Both the position numbers and the translations under genes were made by a program. From a bacterium (GTDB lineage Bacteria; SM23-31), in NCBI GenBank assembly GCA_965249485.1, contig OZ252239.1, positions 2,112,001 through 2,176,000 on the forward strand: a stretch of 64,000 nt of DNA. The letters are read 5' to 3'. The notes beneath the pieces are model-generated. The model was not told the origin of the DNA. It did no database searches and was given only the letters and a program-made list of their open reading frames with translations. Below are positions 1 to 9,666 of the stretch, piece after piece; position 1 is the stretch's first letter; every line of letters begins with the position of its first letter.

Positions 1-118
1 GGCAAGGCCGACAATAAAAACTGAGAAGTTTAAGCGATGTGCGGAGTTTGCAGAACGGAATTATTTATAATCCTACCTTTATTAACATCCTTGATTAGTC
101 TTCGTAACATAATTCCGA

Positions 119-1432
119 TTATGGCTGTGATTTACTGCCAGAATCATCGGGTGCCTTAAATTCAGATTTAGTCGATTTGGGAGACCAGGGAAGATCCTTT
201 GATCTATAATATAAGATTATCGCTGTAATGGCAGCAACTATAATACTACCGTTGATCACAAGAGCTAATGATGCACCGGCGATTCCGGCAATGGCTCCAA
301 CTTCCAGTTGACCCAAAGGTCCGAAGCCGCGACTGAGATTCCACACACCGACAGAAGCTCCGCGCTCTTTATCACTGACAGTGTACTGCACGAGCGTGGG
401 AATTAGCGAATCAACATTTCCCCACATCACACCAATAATGAAAAGAATAACGAGGGCAAGACTAAAAGTAGGGGAGATGGCAAAGGCGACCAAACTAAGA
501 CCAAATATAATACATACTGGCGCAAGAAGATGCCCCTGGCGCACACGGGTCGACATACCTGCCAGCACTAATACACCGACAATGACGCCAAAATTCCGCA
601 TCGCCGTCATAAAGGCATGCCAGGACTCCCCGACACCGAACACATCCCTGGCAAAGGAAGGAAGTAATACATCGCTCGAAAAAGCAAGGACTTCCGTGAT
701 CGCAGTGATTCCAGCAAGAGGGAGAAGGCCATGGTTCCTCCAGATCATTACCAAAGATTTTGTGAATTTTACGGTTGAATGCTCTTCAGAGGAAGCCGAT
801 TCTTCGATATTTGGCTTTTTTCTATACGAATGTTTTACTCCGAAAAGTAATAAAGCACCCAAGAAATAGGCGGCACCCATTACTCCGAATTTACCGGCGG
901 AACCCATCTGTGCCAGAAACACTCCGGCAAAAACACTCAATGCACCAAGTCCTCCGGCAACCTTGTCAGCAAGGCTTAAAAGAGACATTCCGTTGAGCGC
1001 CTGTTTTGGACCGACCAGGTCAAAGACAAGCGGCCTGCTGACCGACGTTTCGGCAACATCGAGTATGCCAACAACTACAGAGATACCTACGAGTGCTCCA
1101 AAAGAAAGATTACCCGTTAAACCGGCAAAAACAGCACCCGCTGCAACGACAGTTCCAACAAAATTTGTGATCTGGAGAATTGTACATCGATCATATCGAT
1201 CCGAAAGAGCTCCGAAGGGAACGCCAAAAAAAAATTTCGGCAGATGTCTGGATGCGACGGCAATACCAACTCCTAAGGCAGATCCTGTGAGTTCCAGTGC
1301 AAGCCAGCCTATGGCGATCTGGGCCACAACATTCGCATAACCGTTGAGCGACAATGATAGCCACAACCATATGTATCCGGGACTTTTAAACGATGCTAAG
1401 GTCTCAGAACCAATTTTGGGAAAACGGCCCAC
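119..1432 (-). CDS. MFS transporter (transmembrane secretion effector/DHA3-like)
   Basis: 437 aa with about 12 hydrophobic segments; MFS motif A-like GALSDRYDR; WLALELTGSA..G pattern. Confidence 0.85.
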   Translation of the reverse strand: MGRFPKIGSETLASFKSPGYIWLWLSLSLNGYANVVAQIAIGWLALELTGSALGVGIAVASRHLPKFFFGVPFGALSDRYDRCTILQITNFVGTVVAAGAVFAGLTGNLSFGALVGISVVVGILDVAETSVSRPLVFDLVGPKQALNGMSLLSLADKVAGGLGALSVFAGVFLAQMGSAGKFGVMGAAYFLGALLLFGVKHSYRKKPNIEESASSEEHSTVKFTKSLVMIWRNHGLLPLAGITAITEVLAFSSDVLLPSFARDVFGVGESWHAFMTAMRNFGVIVGVLVLAGMSTRVRQGHLLAPVCIIFGLSLVAFAISPTFSLALVILFIIGVMWGNVDSLIPTLVQYTVSDKERGASVGVWNLSRGFGPLGQLEVGAIAGIAGASLALVINGSIIVAAITAIILYYRSKDLPWSPKSTKSEFKAPDDSGSKSQP

Positions 1433-1598
1433 TCAATATGACCTTTCTTTTAACAATGTAATTTAAAGAGATCTTTTAGTCCCTCATGAGGGCTAACATC
1501 AACGACAATCCCTTCCTTATAAAACCATCACGGTTTTCCTGACATTTAAAATGTTGTCCAACCGATAACTGTACAGTTCGTCAGAATTGTTCTCATGT

Positions 1599-2610
1599 TT
1601 ACAGTCCTTCTAAGCCCATTTCCGGATTCAACCGGTTGTTTTCGCACATAATTTTACCATCTAAATATATCGTTGAAGATGGAAGCACGACATCAAAGTG
1701 CACCTGACTTGGAGGGACAGTACCTTTGAAGTCCGGGTCCTGGCTTCCAGAGCCAAACGTGACTGGTCCGAGTACGTGTTCGTCTTGATGCAAATGACCG
1801 GATGTAATAGCCTGAGGGTTTAATCCAAGTGTAAAATGACATATGTGTTTCGCTATCGGATCATTGGTTGATTCAAATTCTCTTTTAAGGGTACTAGCAT
1901 CAGCTCCCCCTGTTATCTCCACAAAAACTCCTTTTTCAACGCGGCATGTGACCGGTTCATTAACCAGCTTCCCCGGTGGAATATTGCCGTCAATAACAAT
2001 AGTGCCGTTTATCGTTTCTTCAATCGGAGCATTCGCTATGGAAACCCCCGGAAAAAGATCTGCTTCACCCGGTACTGTAGCCATCCCATCACCCAGTAAG
2101 GCAGGTCTACCTTTCATACCGAAGCTAATGTCTGTACCCACATCCGAGGTCACCCGACAGAAATCTGTATTTTCCCAAAGCTCTATTGCCCTGTTCGCGA
2201 TTGAAATCATCTTGTCATAATCAACATTGACTATGCCATTAATGGCGAAATCATCCAAACTTGAAATAATAGTCGAAGCAATGCGCGTTCCATTCTTACG
2301 GGCTGCAGTGGTAGTCTCCTTCTCAATGAACATAGTCTCACAAAGCCCTACGATTACATCCGCTTCTTTAATTGCTCCAACTGTTATCCGATTTAAATCA
2401 CGGGTATCCGACTAGCGCCATCCAGGGGATAACCAGCATCTGAGTATCGGCTTTTGCATTGATCCCTGCGATCAGGCAGGCCTCAGCAATCTCCATATCG
2501 GTACGGGTGTCGGTAAGAATAAGGAGACTTTCTCCCGGTTTCACATGTCCCATTTTCCGAATGGCTATTTCACCGAACTCGCCCCAACGAAATACAGACA
2601 TATCTCTCAT
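1599..2610 (-). pseudogene. Frameshifted M29 (aminopeptidase T/NicX-like) metalloenzyme
   Basis: ORFs 2398-2610 (VKPGESLLILTD) and 1599-2333 (GTDISF, NGTIVIDG, GLNP, DEH, HFD) join by a frame change near 2410-2420; the intervening frame reads SDTRDLNRITVGAIKEADVIVGLCET. Confidence 0.7.
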
Positions 2611-3014
2611 TCCTTATAATTTAGTGCTTACATTGGTAAGTTAACTTATTGTTCAGGTTGGAACTTAAAAAAAACGTGTCAAAGTGTAATATAAGGGGCG
2701 CAATATATTGCTCATATTATCTAATAGAAAACTTATTTTTCTAAAAAAAATAATTCGTACACCAAGCTATAAAAATGAGAAGAGAAGGTGTGCCTTGTGT
2801 AATGTTTTTCTATGATTTTTGTGATTTTTCAAAGCTTATGGATGAACTGCCGAAACCGGTAAAACAGTCATTCAAATAATAATCAAATATAAGCATGTAA
2901 ATAACCTCAGATACAGACGAAAATAATAATTGCATAAGTTGAATGAAAATGTTATGTTATTAACCATAATATATCCTAATGGATTTCTGATCGAGGAATA
3001 CGTAATTACTAATT

Positions 3015-3470
3015 ATGAAAAGATTATTTACTCTTTTTACGGTTACTGCTGTTGTGTTATCATCCTTTTGCGGTGATGATGGTGTGGGTCCAACAACACC
3101 CCCGCCTGATCCAACACCCCCGCCTTCGGTTAATAAAGAGTTGATTGTGGGTTCCTGGTTGTTGATCGAAGCGAAGACAGTATTTGTTGATGGTTTAGAA
3201 CGAGACGAAGATTTTGATGATCAGACTCTTATTTTTAATGACGATTTAACTTTCGATCTCGAGACAAGTAGCAACGATGCAACAGATGTATTTGGTGGTG
3301 ATTGGTCATCCACAGCAGATATTATTATTCTTTCTTTTAAAACGAGTGGAAAAATCACTGATGTAGATCAATTTGATTATGATTTCAATGATGATTTTAT
3401 TATTTTGTTGCAATTTGATACGAACATTCTAGACATTAATCATTTTTTCTTCAAATATTGGAAAAATTAG
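3015..3470 (+). CDS. Lipocalin-like domain lipoprotein, paralog of 15196-15660
   Basis: Signal peptide ending in Cys (SSFCG), Pro-rich linker from a 14-bp direct repeat (3094-3107, 3112-3125), LIVGSW motif. Confidence 0.65.
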   Translation: MKRLFTLFTVTAVVLSSFCGDDGVGPTTPPPDPTPPPSVNKELIVGSWLLIEAKTVFVDGLERDEDFDDQTLIFNDDLTFDLETSSNDATDVFGGDWSSTADIIILSFKTSGKITDVDQFDYDFNDDFIILLQFDTNILDINHFFFKYWKN

Positions 3471-3960
3471 TTTAAGAGATACCGATATTTATCTAAAGTG
3501 TTAAAAAATTTCTGTGCACTATATCATTGACGGCTCTTTTGATACAAATTTTTGTTTTTTCCCACTATGTGAGTTGCTGAGTAAATCTATTTATCAGTTT
3601 ACATTAGTATTGAAATCTAACAACATTTTTATAAGCTCTATTTTTAAACCTAAACAATACCATTTTGCTTTCTTAAAGTACTGCTATTTATTTCTTTTTT
3701 GATAGTTAGTATGCTGTATAGTTTGAGGAAAATAAATCAGTAATTACTCTAGATATAGCAAATCATCTTACTAATTATACCTAAATAGTTCTGGCGATGA
3801 ACATCTCTGAGAACTGAATATATACATAACTTGCTAGATTCTCTTCATTTGAAAAAATAACTTTATGCAGTTTATTATGTTTTATGTGTAATGATAGTTA
3901 CTATACAATACATGAAAATACTGAATTATAAACCACTCTCATATGATGGAGGTCAGTCAC

Positions 3961-5229
3961 ATGAAACTTCACACAAAACTTAGAGATGCATTGACAAAGG
4001 TAAAGAAGGTAAAATTTAATCCCGAACGAAGGAGGTTCGGTAAGATCGCCGCAGCGGGCATAATCGGTGCAAATGTTTTATCATCGGGTATAGGATGCAG
4101 CGCAGGTTCTCGAAACAGTTCAGATACAGGTAGTAGCATAGCTGGTGATCGAGAAAACACTTCAAATGTAAAGCTTTCGGCGATGAGCCAGCGGGTGTGG
4201 TCAAGTATTGAGGGAGGACCACGGTACGAACAGAGTGAAGATTATTTTACATGGATGAAGCAAATTGGGCTGCATTACCTGGTTATAGATTCCTACTCAG
4301 GCGTATCAAATGCAACTGATTATGAAAGTTTATTGAAAATACGGCAGCAAGTTGAAGCCGCGGGACTTAAAGTAGCAAATGTCGGCATAAATAGCGGTGG
4401 CACATCGATATTACTGAATCTTCCAGATCGTGATGAAAAAATCGAGGAGAGCAAAACGTTCATCCGTAATGTGGGTAAAGCCGGATATGATACAATATGG
4501 ACCCATTATGTTGGAACCGGCATCTGGAGAACGGAGAGAGAGGATTTTCGATTTGCAAGCGGATCTGCATTCGATTATGAGAAAGCTATGAGGGATGGAG
4601 TCAAATGGAGAGACAATCCGAGGTGGTATCCGGACCGACCGGCCCACGGCCGCGTATACACCGAACTAGAAGTATGGGATAATTGGACTCACTTCATAAA
4701 AGCTGTTGTCCCGGTGCTTGAAGAATCAGGAGTGAGGTTCGCCATTCATCCTGATGACCCGACCGGATATCGTGAACTCGGCGGTGTTCCACGCATATTC
4801 AGCAGGTTTGATGATTATGTAAAAGCTTTCGAAATCGCCGACAGCCCGAATGTGGGAATGTATCTGGGTGTGGGATCCTACATCGAGGGCGGAAAAGAGA
4901 CAGGCAAGGATATTCTGGATGTCATACGTTACTTTGGTGAACGGAACAAAATATTTAAAGTCGACTTTCGCAATGTATCAGGGCCGATACCTCATTTTAT
5001 TGAGACCTTTCCGGACAACGGCTATGTGGATATGTATAAGGTAATGCGAGCGTTAGTAGAGGTCAATAATCACAGTTCAGTGTGCGACGATCATGCACCG
5101 CAAATAATAGGCGGTAGAGTAGCTGCCGACTCCTATTCATATGGCTATATGAGAGCTTTGTTAGAGCGTGCATGTGATGAGGTCAAAGAGGGTGATCGGC
5201 TCCAGTGGCCTGATACTTATGCACTTTAA
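3961..5229 (+). CDS. Mannonate dehydratase (UxuA)-family TIM-barrel protein with Tat-like signal, copy 1
   Basis: HPDDP, SPNVG, FRNV, ETFPDNGYVDM, DH, YSYGY motifs; ERRRFGK plus hydrophobic stretch. Start set at ATG 3961 (GGAGGT SD) by alignment with copy 2. Confidence 0.8.
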   Translation: MKLHTKLRDALTKVKKVKFNPERRRFGKIAAAGIIGANVLSSGIGCSAGSRNSSDTGSSIAGDRENTSNVKLSAMSQRVWSSIEGGPRYEQSEDYFTWMKQIGLHYLVIDSYSGVSNATDYESLLKIRQQVEAAGLKVANVGINSGGTSILLNLPDRDEKIEESKTFIRNVGKAGYDTIWTHYVGTGIWRTEREDFRFASGSAFDYEKAMRDGVKWRDNPRWYPDRPAHGRVYTELEVWDNWTHFIKAVVPVLEESGVRFAIHPDDPTGYRELGGVPRIFSRFDDYVKAFEIADSPNVGMYLGVGSYIEGGKETGKDILDVIRYFGERNKIFKVDFRNVSGPIPHFIETFPDNGYVDMYKVMRALVEVNNHSSVCDDHAPQIIGGRVAADSYSYGYMRALLERACDEVKEGDRLQWPDTYAL

Positions 5230-5378
5230 CAGCTTACTATTGATTATGTATTGCATTTAGTTGATATTAAAGATGGTGAATCCGGTCTTATACTATTCTA
5301 TTGTATTTCTGAATAAAAAGAACGGAACCGCTAATTAATCTTTACATAATTAAACCAATTATGCAGGAGTGGGATGTT

Positions 5379-7010
5379 ATGAAAGCATTAAGGACATCGG
5401 TATTATTTTCCGTGACGCTACTTATGATAGTGTCGCCATCTGCCGCTCAGGAAAAAATCGATTTTGAAATGGCCGATAAATTCAGAGATGAGGGATTTAA
5501 CAGATCTCACGTCATGGAATTGGCAAGCTATATGGGCGATGTTTATGGCCCTCGTTTGACTAATTCTCCTGGCTACGACCGTTCTGCGCGATGGGTTATA
5601 GAGAAGTTCAAGGACTTTGGTATTTCAGTAGAAATGCAGGCATTCGATAGCCCGGGTGTCGGTTGGGAAAATAAATACACTTCGGTTCACATGCATAAAC
5701 CTGAATATCAGCCGGTAATAGCGTATCCAATTTCGTGGTCACGAAGCACCAATGGGAAAATTGTCAGCAATGTGGTTTATGTGAATTCGCAAAGAATATA
5801 TAGTGAATCCGATCTCAGCCAATACCGGGGAAAACTACGAAATAAGATAGTTTTTATTATGCCGATACGGAAATTGGAGTTGCAATTCAATCCTCTTGCT
5901 GTGCGTTTGTCCGAAGAAGAGCTTGAAGGTATGGCGGAATTACATGTTATAAGAGGAGAAAGAACTGTTACGGTTTCCACTGGTGACTATGAAAAACTTC
6001 GTCAGGGTCTGGTAAAAGAACCCCTTTCAAAGCAGAAACTGTATGATTATTTAGAACGTGAAGGTGTTGCGGTTATCGTAACTCCGGGCCAGGATTATAC
6101 CAGTCATTTCGATAAAGGTGTTGTGTATGTTCCATTAGGTGATCCTGTCGGGGAGAATGACCAGAAACCGCTACCGCAATTGATTATGGCAACGGAACAT
6201 TACAATAGGGTCCTACGTGTGCTTGAAAAGGGTATTGATGTCGAGATGGAAGTCGAAATTAGGAATAATTACATAGAAGATGACGCGGATGATTATAATG
6301 TTATAGCAGAGATACCGGGGAGCGATCTCAGGGATGAAATTGTGATCATTGGCGGCCATTTAGATGGAGAATCTGCCGGAACCGGTTCATCCGATAATGC
6401 TGCCGGAGCAGCGACGGTAATGGAAGCCATGCGGATTTTAAAAGAGACTGGTGCAAAACCCCGCCGTACGATTCGTGGGGCTCTTTGGGGTTCGGGAGAA
6501 ATCGGAAACAAAGGAGCAAGCAGGTATGTCGGTCAGAGTTATGGTGGAGGAGCAAGTGCGTATATCGCTCAGAATTTCGGTGGCCCCGATCCTTCAACAA
6601 GGCTGCCTGATCATAAAAAATTATCCTTATACCTCAATATGGACTGGTACGGAAAATTCAGAGGAATTTACATGCAGGGTAACGATTTAGTCCGTCCGAT
6701 ATTCGAAGCATGGATGGAACCGTTCCACGATGTCGGTATGACCTATTTGATCCCAGGAAATACCGCAGGGACAGACCATCTTGATTTCATCAGTGCAGGT
6801 CTTCCGGGATTCCAGTTCGTACAAGATGATCTGGAATTTTTCACAACCACGTATCACACGAATATGGATGTTTATGACCGACTTGTTGATGAGGACCTGA
6901 TGCAGGCGTCGGTGATCATGGCGAGCTGGGCGTATTTTGCAGCAATGCGTAATGAATTGATCCCGCGAACGGACAATCAAATGAAAAATAACAGGCGGTG
7001 GCACAAATAA
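5379..7010 (+). CDS. Secreted M28-family peptidase (carboxypeptidase Q-like)
   Basis: Signal peptide; GPRLT, NVIAEIPG, GGHLD, SDNAAG, NMD, TDH, YHTNMD motifs; AGGAG SD before ATG 5379. Confidence 0.85.
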   Translation: MKALRTSVLFSVTLLMIVSPSAAQEKIDFEMADKFRDEGFNRSHVMELASYMGDVYGPRLTNSPGYDRSARWVIEKFKDFGISVEMQAFDSPGVGWENKYTSVHMHKPEYQPVIAYPISWSRSTNGKIVSNVVYVNSQRIYSESDLSQYRGKLRNKIVFIMPIRKLELQFNPLAVRLSEEELEGMAELHVIRGERTVTVSTGDYEKLRQGLVKEPLSKQKLYDYLEREGVAVIVTPGQDYTSHFDKGVVYVPLGDPVGENDQKPLPQLIMATEHYNRVLRVLEKGIDVEMEVEIRNNYIEDDADDYNVIAEIPGSDLRDEIVIIGGHLDGESAGTGSSDNAAGAATVMEAMRILKETGAKPRRTIRGALWGSGEIGNKGASRYVGQSYGGGASAYIAQNFGGPDPSTRLPDHKKLSLYLNMDWYGKFRGIYMQGNDLVRPIFEAWMEPFHDVGMTYLIPGNTAGTDHLDFISAGLPGFQFVQDDLEFFTTTYHTNMDVYDRLVDEDLMQASVIMASWAYFAAMRNELIPRTDNQMKNNRRWHK

Positions 7011-7203
7011 GAAGAAGTATAGTTATGATGTGATGTTATACAGAACTATTTTATTAATTAGTACTAATTGTGTTTATCCAAATTTAAATAATGTTCTAAT
7101 CAATATTTAATCGAATTTTTTTCAACATTTGCTATATATTTTATTTGGCAACCGAAGAAATCTTCACATTAGGATTATAGTCTCTCTCCGCGTATCCAAT
7201 GCT

Positions 7204-8135
7204 TTACTTCATTGAAAATTTAAAAATTGTAGTCGTGGTATATTTCTCACCCGGATTGAGAACTGTCGAGGGGAAGTTGGGCTTATTCGGGGAATCAGGG
7301 AAATGCTGTGTTTCAAGGCAGAACCCGTACTGATGCTCATAAACGTTACCGCCTTTCCCAATGTTACTGCCGTCCGGGAAATTTCCCGAATAAAACTGCA
7401 GACCGGGTTCGGTGGTATAAACTTCCATGATACGTCCGGTTGTTGGCTCATAGACGCTGCCAGCCAACGTCAGTGACCCATCGCCATTGTTCAGCACCCA
7501 ATTATGATCATAACCACCACCGAACGTTAATTGATCAGTATCGTGTTCCGATCCGAGTGCCTATTGCAGTTGGCTGCTTAAAATCCATAGGAGTACCCGT
7601 GACGCTCCTCAGTTCTCCTTTCAGTATAGACCTTCATTGACAGGCGTAAACCTGTCTGCATTAATTATTAGCTCATGGCCCAGAACATCTCCCGATCCCG
7701 TATCAGTAAGATTGAAATAGAAGTGGTTTGTCAAGTTAACTACTGTTACTTTGTCTGTCGTGGCGGTATAGTCTATCCTGAGCTCATTATCATTGGTGAG
7801 GGTATAGCCAACGGTAACCGAAAGATTTCCAGAGGGGTATCCTTCCTCGCCATCGTTACTTAGGCAGGTGAGCTTTATTCCCACACCATCGTTATCCCTG
7901 AATGGTTCTGCTTGCCGCACGACCTTGTCAAATCCCTTAATTCCCCCGTGCAGATAGTTCTCACCGTTGTTTTGTGCAAGGGTGTATTCAATCTCATCTA
8001 ACGTGAACCTGCCATGCACGATCCGGTTTCCATACTGCCCGATTATAGCGCCAAAATAGGGACTATCGTTTATGTATTCCTGCAGCGTGTCACATATCCC
8101 ATTACGACATCTCCCAGCTTCCCCTTCCTGTAGGG
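7204..8135 (-). pseudogene. galM: Aldose 1-epimerase (galactose mutarotase) pseudogene, 5'-truncated and frameshifted
   Basis: YFGAIIG..GNRI, LHGG..GFD, GEEGYP, VNLTNH.YFNL, GYDHN, TTEPGLQFYSGN and CLETQHFPD occur in different frames; N-terminus absent. Confidence 0.85.
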
Positions 8136-8271
8136 GTTCAGAACAAGATGGACTAAATTAGGCATAAAGTTAAGAGACAGTTTATGGTGGTCTGGTTAAC
8201 GCAGGATAGTATCACGAAGAACGGTCGGGGCTGCTCTCGTTCCGCCACCCATGCCATTCAAGAATAATATA

Positions 8272-8321
8272 ATCCATCGAGAAAAATTTGTTGATCCATT
8301 GAGCCTGAAGCTAAAAGAAAG
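8272..8321 (+). repeat. Remnant of the 3' end of an M24-like gene (similar to 17664-17720)
   Basis: TGATCCATTGAGCCT identical at 8292-8306 and 17688-17702, with similar flanks. Confidence 0.55.
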
Positions 8322-8373
8322 GGGGATTTGTTTCTTAGTGTTTCGTGAGCCCACTGTGCCTGGGATGCTCTTA

Positions 8374-8498
8374 GCGGAACCGATCGTATACGTTACTTCG
8401 CTTCGTTTGACAGAACTTTGAACAAAGCCCATATCCCTCGGAACTCCGAAACCAAAACAAATTACAGGATTAACATCGGTGCGTATCCAAACGATAAG
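8374..8498 (+). repeat. 125-bp ungapped diverged copy of an internal susC segment (10595-10719)
   Basis: Manual alignment gives 16 mismatches in 125 bp; frame still open: GTDRIRYFASFDRTLNKAHIPRNSETKTNYRINIGAYPNDK. Confidence 0.9.
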
Positions 8499-9033
8499 TT
8501 AAGCAACAATTACACCACTCATGATAGTACCACTCTTTATTCGGTCATTTGCTATGTTACCCGTATCCACGCAGGCTCTTATCATATCTTTCAAATAACA
8601 CGACAACGAAAAGATTTCAATAGTTCTAAAATATTATTCGATATATGCATAAAATCATTAATGTTATAAGTGTTGACGCAGAATTTTCATTCTTTGAAAA
8701 TTACAGGAATTAAGATTTAATAATTTCCTTTTCTATTCAACTAATTATGAATTGTATTTAATTCTTCTCTTACATTTTCGTACCGTCTCTCCGTCTCTCC
8801 GTCTCTTAAATTTATGCTGCTTTTTGTCAACTCGTTCTGAACTGGTACAATGTTTAATAATGAACCACTGTTTTTGTATAATAATTTTGTATAGTTGATA
8901 TTGAATGATTGTGGGGGAGAATACATTTGTAAATGCTCATTACATACCTAAACAATGCACGGCACTATGCCCGATTTGTTCCGATGGTGTACTAATAATA
9001 GTATAAAAATTTTTGTAAATTTTAAAAAATATA

Positions 9034-9062
9034 TTGACAATTTGGAAATTATATCTTATAAT
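9034..9062 (+). promoter_or_regulatory. Consensus sigma70 promoter TTGACA-N17-TATAAT upstream of susC
   Basis: TTGACA at 9034-9039, TATAAT at 9057-9062. Confidence 0.75.
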
Positions 9063-9666
9063 AGGGCCGTTCATGGGTTAAATGCTCTTATTTTTATATT
9101 TAAACGCACTAATTTATGAATGTCAGGCAGTGTTGATGCAATTGAAGTTCTTGATGAATCTCATGTTCTTATTTTCCAAGATAAATCTAAAACACTTTCT
9201 TACTCGCTTCTATATTTCTTTATAATAAGGTCAAAAGGTAGAGTGTGATTTATTGCATATAACGAATGAGTCGAACCAATCCTCTGCAGTTAATTGCTCT
9301 AAAACGTTTGTATTTATGATTATTGTTGTGTGAAAGTGCAGTTAAACAGGATTATACAAACAGTTTGATGGAATATTTTCAAAAAAAAGTTCAATACAGA
9401 GGCGTGATTTTACGTTAACTTATGTATCTGAAGCGCATAATGTTATTATAGGTGCGTTGTGCTCCAACACTAGAAAGGAAAGGTGATGCCTGGCTAAGAG
9501 TGTATTGTCACTTTTTTTCATATCTGTGACTTCGGATTTCTCCATTGTAGATTCAAAACTGCGAATATAGGTGTAAAACTGCGGATATCGAACAGCAGCA
9601 AAGGTTGATTCGGTTCCGCTCAGGTTTCTACGTAATATAATTAGTTATAAGGTAAGGAGAATTATT

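Noticed and set aside
3961..5229. Naming the duplicated genes uxuA
   Set aside because: The export signal and substituted metal ligands make canonical mannonate dehydratase function unsupported
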